In this document: in pieces, positions 15,480 through 30,971 of the stretch | Numbering within the stretch: the first letter of the stretch is position 1 | Layout of the letters: every line of letters begins with the position of its first letter | Origin: Octopus vulgaris | Lineage: Eukaryota | Assembly: GCA_951406725.2 (NCBI GenBank) | Contig: OX597824.1 | Coordinates: forward strand, 28,334,001 to 28,398,000 | Direction: 5' to 3' | DNA: 64,000 nucleotides | The notes under the pieces: model-generated | The model's input: the letters and a program-made list of their open reading frames with translations, nothing else | Databases searched by the model: none | What the model was told of the DNA's origin: nothing | Made by a program: the position numbers and the translations under genes

Positions 15480-15641
15480 TTATACAAGAAAACATCCAGA
15501 TAGACGATACAAAAAAACAAGGACGGGTCATTCCAAGCTTTCTATCCTCAGTCAAGAACCAGATCATTCTCGCAATTTCGGCTTATTTATCTTGAGATTG
15601 CTCCAATCTGGCCAACCCCAAGGAAAAACTAAGCTAAGAGC

Positions 15642-15642
<1 letters not shown>
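15480..15642 (-). mobile_element. Repeat family X fragment (PLE-terminal-like) carrying a rearranged hammerhead-like motif
   Basis: Homologous to 44885-45240, 46410-46765, 53870-53965 and the 55543-57082 tandem. Adjacent to (TA)n. Confidence 0.6.
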
Positions 15643-15692
<50 letters not shown>

Positions 15693-16442
15693 CGTGTATG
15701 TGTGTGTGTGTGTGTAGAACTCGTTTATGTACTAATTACTAGTTGGTTAATTAATGCCATATGTACTTTTCTAATTTTCCGTAATTTTCTCTTCAAATCT
15801 TCGCGGTGTTACCAAGGTATCACTCACGACATAGTTTTCTGAAATATTAATTAATTAACATTTTACTACCAGAGATTGGAGTTGTTTGTTTTCTTGGCAA
15901 CTTCATTAAATGCAACAAGCTACAAGTCTCCAAAACAAAATAATATGTCTGCCTTTAATTAACGCATTGTAAATTATAGTTAAAAACATTCGTATAACGT
16001 TAGAAAAAACGTTGTAAAGGAGGTGAATAACTGTTGCCAGGATTTTACTATTGATCTGATCAACTGTGTTGTCAAATTTGACTCGTGTTTCAAAAACTTG
16101 CAAATTTTTTATGCATTTAAAAAAATCTAAATACGGAAGTGTGCTAGTATGTCGTGAAAATCATTATTTTATTTTCTGAAATAACATTTATGAATTCGTT
16201 TGGCATCTCCCCAATGATATCTTTTATCCCTTGTCTTCTACATGCTTCAGTCATCGGACTGCGGCCATGCTTCGACACTATCTTGAAATACTTAGTCGAT
16301 CAAATTGTCCCCAATATTTATTTGTTGACTCTGGTACTTGTTCGACCGCTCCTTGTCTTTCTCTTTTCTCTCTCTCTCTCTCTCTCTCTTCAAACCGGTA
16401 AGTTACGTGGACTTATACAAACTAACATTAGTTGATAAGTGT

Positions 16443-16678
16443 AAGGCGGCAAGCTGGCTGAAACATTAGCACGCCGGGCGAAATGCTTAGCGGTATTTCG
16501 TCTGCCGCTACGTTCTGAGTTCAAATTCCGCCGAGGTCAACTTTGCCTTTCATCCTTTCGAGGTCGATTAACTAAGTACCAGTTACGTACTGGGGTCGAT
16601 ATATAATCGACATAATCCGTTTGTTTATCCTTGTTTGTCCTCTCTGTGTTTAGCCCCTTGTGGGTAGTAAAGAAATAA
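16443..16678 (+). mobile_element. SINE family A, full single copy
   Basis: Complete head-to-tail match to the family, ending ..GTAGTAAAGAAATA. Confidence 0.85.
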
Positions 16679-16796
16679 GTAGTTGATAAGTGTTGGGTTG
16701 GAACATACGAACACAAAGTGACACAATACGCCCGCTCGGGCGATCTCTCTCTTTCTCTTTCACACACACACATAAACACACACACACATACAAACT

Positions 16797-16844
<48 letters not shown>

Positions 16845-17535
16845 TATATAGAAGCCAACACACGGAACTCTTGGATCTTGAATCACCCGGCAGCTTCTGC
16901 TCATTATTACAAAAAATATACATGCACTCATATTTTGTGTTCTACTTTTCGCCATTGCATTACCATCTAGAAATTTCCCTTCCGAGACACATGTCTGGAG
17001 AAGGTTTTTTATGAAATAACAGCAGTCGTCCATGCATACCAGCCTCCTCTATCCACGCCGCCGATGTCCCTCAAGGGAAAAGCAAAGGCCGATACAGGTT
17101 GGCACCTGTACAGCTGAGTGAATTAGAACACAACACATGGCCCAGCTCAAGAACACAACACATGGCCCAGCCCGGGAATCGAACTACCTATTTCGTGACT
17201 GTGAGCGCGATGCTCTAACCACTGAGCCATGCACTTTCACCATTCTCTTGTATAATACTCAGTGTAAAATCGCGTATGACTGGAACACAACCATAGATTT
17301 ACAATACAGAATATTTTTTTTACTTGTTTCAGTTATATGACAAAAACCATGCTGGAGCACCGCCCTTAGTCAAATGAAAGCGACTCCAGGAATTATTCTA
17401 TGTAAGCCTAGTAATTATTGCATCGGTCACTTTTTGCCGAACATCAAAGTTACGGGGAGCTAAACACACCAGCATCGGTTGTCAAGCGATGTTAGGGAGA
17501 CAAACTCAGTTACGCCAAATATACACACACAAACT

Positions 17536-17612
<77 letters not shown>

Positions 17613-17811
17613 GTATATATATACATATATATATATATATAAACGACAAGCTTCTTTCAGTTTCCGTCTACGAAATCCACTCACAATTCTTTGGTCGGCC
17701 CTAGGCTATAGTAGAAGTCACTTGCCCATGGTGCCAAGCAATGGGACTGAACCCGGAACCATGAGGTTGGTAAGCAAGCTACTTAACACACAGCCACTCC
17801 TGCGCCTGAAA

Positions 17812-17933
17812 GACGCATACAGAACCCTAGGTTTTGCAACCGGTCACCCATCTAAGAACTAACTAGGGTCGACTTTGCTTAACTTCGGTGATCGGACGAG
17901 AACAGGTGCTTTCAACATGATATGGCCGTAAGA
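17812..17933 (-). rRNA. 5S rRNA copy, diverged, probably a pseudogene
   Basis: rc = TCTTACGGCCATATCATGTTGAAAGCACCTGTTCTCGTCCGATCACCGAAGTTAAGCAAAGTCGACCCTAGTTAGTTCTTAGATGGGTGACCGGTTGCAAAACCTAGGGTTCTGTATGC, colinear with eukaryotic 5S (about 120 nt, box A and box C recognisable). Isolated copy with no T4 terminator. Confidence 0.9.
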
Positions 17934-18367
17934 ATGGTGATGAGCTATAGACTCGCATCCTGCTACTAGAATATTCAGAGCTATTTAATAATCTAAATGA
18001 CATTGTTAGTCTTGTGTACTAAGAGAGCTTTAAAAGTATCTTGCTCGGATTGATAACCGCACACTCATAACAGTGCTTTATATCCACATATATATATATA
18101 TACACATACAAGTGTGTGTGTGTGTGTGTGTGATGACAATGAAAATGAGCTACGAGAAATGACGGAGAATAGCCAATAGCAAGTATTTGAACATAGACAA
18201 ATATTGATATCTCAGGAACTATACAATATATAATTTTTGATTGATCAAATTTATCACTGCAACATTCTCCAGAGGCGCTGATTATTTTAATAAATCTAGA
18301 ATTCAAGTCGTATTTTACTTGAAATACCTGTATTATTTTTATATCTATCTATCAACTTATCAACAGA

Positions 18368-18399
<32 letters not shown>

Positions 18400-18563
18400 C
18401 ATACATACATACATACATACATACATACATACATACATACATACATACACACAAGCCCGTCGTATATATGTATATATATGTATGTGTGTGTATATGTTTG
18501 TGTTTCTGTGTTTGTTTCCCCACCTCAACATCGCTTGACAAATATATACATACATATATATAT

Positions 18564-18677
<114 letters not shown>

Positions 18678-19226
18678 TGTATGTATATTTGGGTAGCGGA
18701 CGTCATCAACTGTGTAAACAACATGAAGTATGTAAACAGCGACAATATGAAACTTCAAAGACAGTTTCTCCCATAAATTCCCAATAAAATTTCGGGTTTA
18801 TGGAGGGGCGTTAGATCAGAACGAGGGGAAATAGTGAACGCTGGGAGAAATATTTTCTTTCAAAACAGAAAAGATAGTAGAGAGAGAAAGAAAAGCATCC
18901 ACTACTTAGAACATCGTGCAGGAAAAGAAATATGGACAATGGTCACATGTGAGCAACGAGCGAGAGGGAAAAGAGAAAGATGGAAAATGGTTAAAGAGAG
19001 AAAAAGTAAATTAGAGAAGGATAGGGGGCGACAAAGACTCATATTGTCTTTGAAATCTTGAAGAGAGGAGTAGATAGAGAGCGGAGAACTGAGGAAGGGT
19101 CCTTCTATGTGTTACTTGTCGTGTTTTCTGTTTTTCGCTGTTTGCTATATAAATCGTTTGTTTTCGTACTTCATGATGTCTTCACATTTGGTGACGTGTT
19201 TTTGTGTGCGTGTGTGTGTATATATG

Positions 19227-19260
<34 letters not shown>

Positions 19261-19587
19261 AATGTATGTATTTTTGTATATATACACATATATATTATTT
19301 ATGTTATTAACTGACAGAAACATTAGCGCGCCGAACGAAATGCTTAGCGGTATTTCGTCTTTCTTTACGTCTTGAGTACAAATTTCGCCGAGGTCGACTT
19401 TGACGTACATATTATTTAATTTTTAGGTGTAGGAGTGGCTGTGATGTTAGTAGCTTGCTTACTAATCACATGGATCCGAGTTCAGTCCCAATGCGTGGAA
19501 CCTTGGGAAAGTGTCTTCTACTATAGACTCGGGCCGACCAAAGCCTTGTGAGTGAATTTGGTAGACGGAAACTGAAATAAGTCCGCC

Positions 19588-19696
<109 letters not shown>

Positions 19697-20370
19697 TTGT
19701 GTTTCTGTGTTTGTTCCACCCAACATCGCTTGACAACCAATGCTGGTGTGTTTACGACCCTTTTCGGCGAAAGAGATCGACAGCATAAGTACTCGGCTTA
19801 CAAAAATTAAGTCCTGGGGTCGACTTGCTCGACTAAAGGACGTGCGACAGCATGGCTGCAGTCAAATGACAATCTTTTATGTACATACAGATAATATTCC
19901 TACAAGTCTACCATAGTTATTAATATAAAAGTGTAATCATTATATTCTATTGTCTCCCAAACAAAACAAACTTGACTTAACTTAGCTAATAATATAACTA
20001 ATTCTGTTTCATAATACAAAACTTTATAATTAAAATACTAAATTCCTATTAAATACTCATTATCCTTACATGCTTTAATATTAAACTTATATACCAGTAA
20101 CTTAATAGTTCATTTAAAGTATTTATAATTTGGAACTAATAAATGAATACTTGTAATTAACCATTATAAAAACCTTTTTAAGATGAAAGCTAAATATAAA
20201 ACTGTTTGAAAGATATCACTAAATACAAAGTTAAAACACTTACATGTTACCTGGACCCACGAGATTCAGTCAACTATATGGTAAAAAATGTGTCATATAT
20301 ATATATCGTTAATTTAAATATCGATTTTATCAATTTTATCGGTTGTCAAGCGATGGGGCGGGGGTAGAAA

Positions 20371-20406
<36 letters not shown>

Positions 20407-20620
20407 ACACACACATATATATATACAACGGGGTTCTTTCAGTTTCCACCAATCAGATCCACTCAGATACATTTTGTCGACCCAAGGCTAAGTAGAAGAC
20501 ATTTGCCCATGGTGCCATGCAGTGGGACTGAACCCGGAACCAGGTGGTTGGTAAGCAAGTTAGTTACCACACAGCCTCTCCTGCGCCTATATATATATAA
20601 ATATAAATATATATATATAT

Positions 20621-21497
20621 ATGCAGTTTAATGCTGAAAAATTCCAGGCCCTGCGCTACCAGCATCCTAAACTGAATATTAAACTTACAGGATACACCGG
20701 TCCACATGGAATTTCAATCCCAGAGCTTAAGTCTGTGAGGGACCTGGGTATCGACATGAGTGATGATACCTCTTTCCAGGTGCACATTACCAGGATGGCG
20801 ACAAAGTGCAGACGACTGGCTGGGTGGATCCTAAGAACATTCAGAACCAGAGATAAGGAAACCATGATGGTCCTCTGGCGGACATTCGTCCTCAGTCGCC
20901 TGGATTACTGCACACAGCTATGGTCACCCACCAGTGTAAAATTAACAGCGGACCTTGAAGCAATCCAGAGAAGATTCACAAAGAAGATCGTCTCTTTGCA
21001 ACAGGTCAGCTACTGGGAAAGGTTGAAACAGCTAAGACTCTACTCCCTGGAGAGAAGACGGGAGTGGTATGCAGTAATATATGTCTGGAAGATCCTGGAA
21101 GGAATTGTGCCAAATGTTGGCATTGTAAGCTACACCAATGCTAGAACGGGACGACACTGCATAGAGCCAAAGATCCCAGCAATGCCATCACGCTTCAGGG
21201 CCAGCTTCTGCAACAGCCTGGGTTTCAAGGGCCCACAGCTTTTTAATATTCTCCCAAAGAGTCTGAGGAACTTGCACAAAGTAGATGTAGCGGTTTTTAA
21301 ATCAAAGGTAGACATTTTCCTCTCAAGAGTCCCAGATGAACCTACCTCACGGCAAGAGGTGCAAATGAGAGTAGCTGTATCAAACTCCATTCTTCACCAA
21401 GTGCCACATATTAAACGAGGTTCGTCGTAATAACAGTGTAGCACAAAATGGCGGTGCATCAGCATGGCCGCAGCTCTGAGCTGAAACTAGAAAAAAA
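20621..21497 (+). mobile_element. CR1/L2-group LINE 3' end (RT thumb and C-terminus, 269-aa open frame to 21430, plus 3' UTR)
   Basis: FNAEKFQAL, VRDLGI, RLDYCTQLWSP, LEAIQRRFTK, LYSLERRR and GPQLFNILP motifs. 5'-truncated at (TA)n. Confidence 0.9.
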
Positions 21498-21514
21498 TAA
21501 CAAACAAAACACAC

Positions 21515-21626
<112 letters not shown>

Positions 21627-22225
21627 AAATGAGAAAAATGGAGAAATATATCTAAATCAATCATCAACCATCAGATAATACCCAATTAATACTTTATTAA
21701 ACCATTACACAATACCAATGATATTATACATTAATATAGTACAAATATAACAAGACATAGAAATAGAAATAGGAGTATACATATGGATATGTAGATGTGA
21801 GTGCAATTCTATTAGTTCGTTGGTGAGGGTTTAAATAGGAAAATATTAGTATTGTAATAATACTAGACTTCTTACGTAGGGATGTTATCTGTATAAGCTA
21901 TAAGGAGTTATTTTGATTATATATCTTAGCGTATTTTGACTTTTTACAATTAATTTCTTATAATTTAATTATTATAAACCTCTGTTAACCTAGTATATAT
22001 ATATTTTTATGTCCTTTGATAGACAAACACAAACGGGCATTCTATACTTTATAATTTGTATGTATATATATATATATATATGTATTTATGTATGTGTGTG
22101 TATGAGTTCCGTTGTTGTATAGCATTTTTATTCATGTTTTCCATATTACTTTTCAATATATTTTGTGTGCGTATTTTGAAATCTTTAGAAAACTTTTCGC
22201 TCAGTGTTCCACGCTTCTCTTGTCC

Positions 22226-22422
22226 TCCTCCTCCTCCTCTTCCTCCTTCTCCTTCGTCTTCTTCTTCTTTTTCTTCTTCTACTGCTTCTTCTTCTTCTTC
22301 TTCTTCTTCTTTTTCTTCTTCTTTTTCTTCTTCTTCTTCTTCTTCTTTCTGCTTCTTCTTCTTCTTCTGTTTCTTCTTCATTTTTCTTCTTCTTCTTTTT
22401 CTTCTTTTTCTTCTTCTTTCTT

Positions 22423-22502
<80 letters not shown>
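22226..22502. repeat. (CCT)/(CTT)n/(TTA)n compound microsatellite
   Basis: Direct reading. Confidence 0.9.
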
Positions 22503-23092
22503 CGTTCTCCTCCTCCTCCTTCTACCATTACTACGAGGACTAAAACTAATACATCCTTTATTTTCCTTTTTATTATCATCATTATTTATTTTTTAATATT
22601 ACTATTATCTCGCACTAGAGAAATATATATTCTTATCTCCCTATAATATTCTAGTCATTTGTTATTACACGAAGTTTTTATTCATTTTTCCGAGTGGGTT
22701 TGTAGGGTTTACACAACATTGAATTTTTCTTTTTTTGGTCCTTTTTTTTTGTCGTTTATTTTAAATAAATTTCCTTTTATTGGGATTACGCGAGCTGAAA
22801 CTTATTTTTCGCTTTTGTTATCTGCTGTATAAGAAATACAACTGCAGCTATTTACAATTTGCACTGACGTAAATGAAAATAAAACAAACAAATTCCTTGC
22901 ATAGGAGTACAGCTTCAATATTCCGAGCTTGTGTTAGATAAACATATTTTCATTGAAGAGAACGTGTGTATATATTCATACATACATATTTACATACGTA
23001 TCCATACTTGCATACAAATACACATACACACTCAAAATACGCACAAATGTATACATATATATATAAATATATATTATATATATATACATATG

Positions 23093-23143
<51 letters not shown>

Positions 23144-23681
23144 GTGTGTAAATTTGCACGTATAAATAAATATATGTGTATATGTTTACGTCAGTGATGT
23201 ATACATAATAAGAAATATCCATTTTAAACGTCTTCATTCTTATCCACTTATAATACACTAGAGACCTCCGCAGATGTACTTACATGTATACACCTACGTA
23301 ACAACAAACATCATATAAGCACTGGATTACCCATACAGATCACTACATACGTATGCATACGCAGAAATTCAAACATCTACATACGCATACATCACTATAC
23401 ATCCCTGTTTGTATACAAATATTATTCCAATTATTTATATACATGCAATTCTTAAGAATCCTACAGACTAAACGAAATTGCTAGCTGTTGGTATAACTAG
23501 ATATTCAAAACTCATTTTTGTAGTAAATTTGTTATTCGCAAATAACATTTCAAGGTTTGTTGAACTTCATCCTATTTAACCGATAATAAAGCCATACATA
23601 GTAATGAAACTTTGGGCTAATCTAAGAAAATTCGCATCATCTCCACATTGCAATATATGTATATATATATGTATGTACGTA

Positions 23682-23720
<39 letters not shown>

Positions 23721-23794
23721 CAAAGTGAAATTGTAAGGTACGAGTGGAAATATATATGAAAGAAGGTGTGAAAATGCAATTTTAAAGATGTTTA

Positions 23795-23842
23795 TTCACT
23801 TGACCGGTTTCACTTTTTTAGAAAAAGATTGTCAAAAGTAAA
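23795..23842 (-). ncRNA. Minimal type I hammerhead, U3-A8 core variant
   Basis: Minus: tttactt TTGACAA t cttttt cta aaaaag t GAA ACCGGT C aagtgaa. 7-bp stem I, 6-bp stem II, palindromic stem III. Confidence 0.7.
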
Positions 23843-24142
23843 ATGTAAAGATTTGTAAAAGCTTTGTTGTACTGGTTGTCACAAAATATTACAATACATA
23901 TATACATTCTTTGATAATAATAAGAAAATGCAAAAACAGTTTACAAGGAAATATCTTGAGAAAATACTTTTAAAAAATTTCAAAAAGATAGATTAGGATT
24001 TCATTAAAAATCATGTTTGTTTGGAAGTATCTATATACATATACACAGAAAGGTATTATATATATGCGTACATACGTATATATATAGGTATATAATAATA
24101 ATAATACTAATAATAATAATCACCATAATAATAATAATAATA

Positions 24143-24185
<43 letters not shown>

Positions 24186-24453
24186 GTAGTAGTTGTAGTA
24201 GTAGTAGTAGTAGTAGTAGTAGTAAAAGTAGTAGCATTATTATTAAGGCAGTGAGCTGGAAAAAAATCTATAGCACGCCGAGCGAAATCCTTTGCGCTAT
24301 TTCGTCTGCCGCTACGTTCTGAGATTATATTTCACCTAGGTCAATCTTGACCTTCATCCTTTCGGCGTCGGATACGTACCAGATACGCACTTGGCTCAAT
24401 GTATTTGACTTAATCCCCTTCCTCAAGCTGCCCCTGTGGCAAAAATTTAAAAA

Positions 24454-24503
<50 letters not shown>

Positions 24504-24720
24504 TAAGACGGTGAACTTTCAGAATCGTTAGCGGGCCCTACCAAATGATTTGCGGTATTTCGCCCATCGCCCCGATTTCAAATTCCTTCGAGGACTTTCA
24601 TCATTTCGTGGTCGAGAGATTGGGAACCAGTCAAGTACTGGGGGCGATGTGATCTATTGCCCCTCCCCACCCTAAAATCCATGTTTTTGCCTATAGTAGT
24701 ATAATCCATTATTATACTTC

Positions 24721-24791
<71 letters not shown>

Positions 24792-24796
24792 TATTA

Positions 24797-24850
<54 letters not shown>

Positions 24851-24862
24851 ATTATAATAATA

Positions 24863-26062
<1,200 letters not shown>

Positions 26063-26647
26063 TTATTATTATTATCATTCTCATTATTAAGGCGGCGAGC
26101 TAGCAGAAACGTTAGCACGCCGGGCGAAATGCTTAGCAGCATTTCGTCTCCCGTTACGTTTTGAGTTCGAATTCACCGAGGTCGACTTTGCCTTTCATCC
26201 TTTTGGGGTCGATAATTTAATTACCAGTTACGCACTGGGGTCGATATAATCTACTGGCTACCTCCCTAAAAATTTCGGGCATTGTGTCTAGATTAGTAAA
26301 GGACGTATAACATTTGGTAAAATTATACATAATTTCACTAAGAATGAGGTAATCATACTAATATTTATTATCGAACTTCCTGGTGTATGTATAATTAGTG
26401 CACAATTGTCGATACAAAGTTTCATAATTTGCACCAATCACATATAATGTCTTCTTCAGTTTGTAAACATTTACTAAACCAATAAAGATGACATGTGCAA
26501 TGTTTATCACTGATGTAATGCCACCGTTTTGTAAGCAAGATGTACACTATATGTTATAGAAGAAGCAGCTGTAAGCTGATAAAATTCATTACATAACATT
26601 TGGTTTTTCCGGTGTCATCACGTTGTTAAGTATATATATATATATAT

Positions 26648-26693
<46 letters not shown>

Positions 26694-27248
26694 CATAGAT
26701 ATATGCATATGAATGTATATGTATATGAATGTGTGTATGAGTGTGTGTGTGTGTTTGTGTGTGTGTGCGTGTGTGCCTTTGTGATGGTGTTTCTCTCCGA
26801 CCACAACTTCAGAAGGGACATTGGTGTGCTTACGAACTAGTAACATAACGGCGTTCCACAACGCCCTCAGTTTAACGGCTGCAACAAGTAGAATAAAGAA
26901 TAATAGTATGTATGTATGCATGTATGTATATGTATGTGTATATATATATGTATCTTCGTGTTTCTCAGTGTCCCTTGACAAAAGGGAAGACATAGTACTC
27001 AGTACCTGATTCGGTCTTTATAGTTATTAAGAGTCAGTTTATGATTCATTTTGTCGATTTTCAATGCTATACTCTATGGCTTATTTAAATGCTTCAGACT
27101 AAACAGATTAATACACACAGGTACACACTAGTATGAAAATACATACATTCATGCATAGACACACGCACACATATATTCGTATATACACGAATATATGGAT
27201 ATACGCTCACACACACACACACGTACACACACGCACATATGAATATAT

Positions 27249-27291
<43 letters not shown>

Positions 27292-27324
27292 TAAACTCAC
27301 ACACACATGTATAAAGATACATAA

Positions 27325-27355
<31 letters not shown>

Positions 27356-27370
27356 GATAGACAGACAGAG

Positions 27371-27445
<75 letters not shown>

Positions 27446-27504
27446 AAAAAAGAAAGAACGAAAGATAGGAAACGAATATATTTGTGCGTAAATAACATTC
27501 AATT

Positions 27505-27604
<100 letters not shown>

Positions 27605-28196
27605 TGTGTGTGTATATATGTGCGTGTGCGTGCACGTGTGTGTGTGTGCGTGTATGTTGATGTTTACGTATGAATATATGTATATATGTTTATATTTATA
27701 TATAGGTATATTAATAGTGATAACAAATGCAATGTTAAATAAAGTTAATTAGAGCCGCCATGTCTTTTGAGTGAATCAATTACGTCAGTATTCTGAAAAT
27801 AAAATGGATATCATTAATTTCCTAAGTATCAACGACTGCGACATTTCCACTGATTCAGCTATTGACCTTTATCTTAATTCTACATATTCACTCTTATATG
27901 TCAGGTCAACTAACACTCCACAAAGGCAACAATGAATGCACGACATGCAGCGTGGCGAGGTGGAGGAGGGGGGAGCTAAAAACAGACAACAAACTAAAAC
28001 TTCCCAGTCTAAACATTATATTATTGATAAAGTTTAAACAGCATGTAAATTAATAGAGTCCCGATTTTACAAACAGTTGTGATATAAGCTGATTTTGTAT
28101 GGGTTGTTTTTTCGTCCATTCTCTATTGTGTGTTTATGTATGTTTGTGTGTCTGTATGTGTGTGTGTGTCCGTCTGTCTGTTTGAAAGCATCACGC

Positions 28197-28234
<38 letters not shown>

Positions 28235-28250
28235 GTATGTGTATATATAT

Positions 28251-28320
<70 letters not shown>

Positions 28321-28409
28321 ACGTATGTACATATATATAAATGTTCATAGTATATATATATGTATATAAACACATATATAGATACACGTAGGTATATTAC
28401 GTATATTCA

Positions 28410-28454
<45 letters not shown>

Positions 28455-29409
28455 ATAACATATAAATATATATTTATATATGAATGAATGTTCTCTTTCA
28501 ATTTAGTTTCCTTTCATTTTTTATCGGTGGTGGGGGATTGGCATTCATTAATGATAAATCAAAATGGTCGTTTATTTTTTCGTTCTCACAATAGCCGTTT
28601 AGCAATCCATGTTCTTAAATTCAACTATATTTTGTCCTGCTTTTGATAAAATATTTTTTTCAGCTTTACTTAATACACTGGAAAAAATCTTAGGTTTTGA
28701 TATTACCTTAAAATTTCCGTCATCCGAGGCCATTTTCAGTTTCGAGGAGTGTGAAATTATCAAACAATGCACGATTATTTGTTTGTTATATTATTTTTTG
28801 TCATTATATTCATGCGTAGCCACTGGTATGTTTATTATCGGTATAATGTGAATAAATTTATTATTGGCGTAATCATCTACGTTAAGTAAAATATACCGAA
28901 TATTATTTTTACCTAGGTTTTTTGTTAATTACTGTTTTATTTATCAATAGAGATTAATTTTCCAAACCATGCGGCTGATAGTGGATACTTGCTACTGATG
29001 ATACCCAAAGAAGAAGAAATCAAGACATAGCAATTCAACCCCCACTGTTGTATGATTTTTGTCTACTACTGGTGTACTTCGCTGCGTTTTAATGCTATAA
29101 ATTTATACGAAAAGATTTTTGCAGACGATTATTGCAGTTTACTGGATTTCTATATATATATGCAAGTTAATTAAAATATACGGGGATTGCTATTACAAAT
29201 AGAAAACAACAATTGCTTCAACAGACGAGTATATATCAAGAATCTTGTAAATCAAATACAAAAATGAAAATTAATAGTTGATAGATCCTGGAAAGTATTT
29301 AGATTTTAATTGTACTATATTTATTTCAGCAGAAGTTTGACCATAAACAACTGACGTGGAATCAAACAAACATCTTTAAAGATATGAAATAATTGTTACA
29401 AATTTTTGC

Positions 29410-29778
29410 CACATCGTCACAAATTTTGGAGGAGGAGGTGAGTCAATTATATTGACCCAGTGTTTCATTGGTACTTTTCGACCCCGAAAGGATGAAAAGG
29501 AAAGTCAACGTCGGCAGAATTTGAACTCAGAAAGTAGCGAAATACCTATTTCTTTACTACCCACAAGGGGCTACACAGAGGGGACAAACAAGGAGAGACA
29601 AAGGAGTTAAGTCTATTACATCGACCCCAGTGCGTAACTGGTACTTAATTTATCGACCCCGAAAGGATAAGAGGCAAAGTCAACCTCGGCGGAATTTCAA
29701 CTCAGAATGTTACGTCAGACAAGATACCGCTAAGCATTTCGCCGGGCGTGCTAACTATTCTGCCAGCTCGCCGCCTTA
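29410..29778 (-). mobile_element. SINE family A dimer
   Basis: Family A consensus, two body units. Confidence 0.8.
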
Positions 29779-30407
29779 GATATACGTATTAATGACAATA
29801 CAAAATGACTAACACTGTAATCTGTGTATTCGTCTTCCAAATAAAGCATTTATTTTCTTGTCTCACAAAAACAAATGTCTTACAAAATATCTTTTGGGCG
29901 ACGTACAATAGTTGGCTGTTTTCACAAATTCAAATTTTTTCGAATATTTATTTAGATGTTAATATACATACGATATTTCTCCGCTTACACATGGAAAACA
30001 CCTTGCTCCTGTTTCAAACATCGACATTTTCACCTAGAGGGACTTTTACGTATGAATAAAACAAACCATTCTGCCATAAAGATAAATTTCTAACTTACTG
30101 TTTTCTATTGCAGATGTTGCTAGAGCGATTATTCATCAATTTACCTGTATTGACTAGAGGGCGATTTAAATGACGCCATCATTTTTACATTCACAGTCAA
30201 CTACACTGTATGAAAGAAGACAGCTAAAGATTACCAATAAAATGTGGACGGAAGGAAAGAAATTATTCACACAACTCTATTGTATTGTTACATTAAATTT
30301 GGAGTTTAATAATACTAAAATTACTGGATTTTAATACCAGTTTTCAACAACAAACTCAATACCAGAGAAAGTTTGTCGAGAATATATAAATATATCCAAA
30401 CCAATAA

Positions 30408-30767
30408 TCTCTCTATATAAAACTGAAGTTGTCTATGTATAGCAGGTTTGGTAGCCTTCAACTAACACTATCTCCTCCGAGACCCTGCGGCGCAAGTTGA
30501 CCAAAATTGAGAGTATGATAGAAGGCTTGCTCTTCATTCCGTAGTAGAAAAAATTCAAGCCGGACCATGTTAGCACCAAAAATTATTTACATCAAAAAGG
30601 TGCTTTTTTTCTATGAAAATTCCTATTTCTTACTATTTTTCGTCTGCTGTGTCGCCATTTTCACTTAAAGAGAATAACAAGCTACATAACGCACAATTTT
30701 TACTTTTCAAACATTCCAATTCTAAAGGGTCGAAACAAACCCGAGCAACGCTGGGCGATACTGCTAG
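30408..30767 (+). mobile_element. Short non-autonomous Helitron
   Basis: Starts A|TC(TCTCTATATAAAA), ends with a GC-rich hairpin CCCGAGCAACGCTGGG followed by CTAG|T. Confidence 0.75.
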
Positions 30768-30971
30768 TACTTGAAATTACTGTTATTCTAGAAAATGAGC
30801 ACTCGAGTAAATGCTTTGATGAACATTCTAGTATAGTTCCCTCTATCAAGACCTTTACATGTGTCACGCGGTTTTCCTCTCCGGCGCATTGTTTCTTTGT
30901 TTTGCTTCCTGTTAGTCATAAATCATTTTATTCTAGCGGATTCTTTTTCGAACGGCTACGCCCTGGAACTT

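Noticed and set aside
18755-18820. Hairpin followed by GAAACTGTC on the minus strand
   Set aside because: The upstream core reads CTAACGC and stem I is poor. Too degenerate to call.
20621-21430. 269-aa ORF starting with ATG as a host gene
   Set aside because: It is a 5'-truncated LINE ORF2. The ATG lies at the truncation point beside (TA)n.
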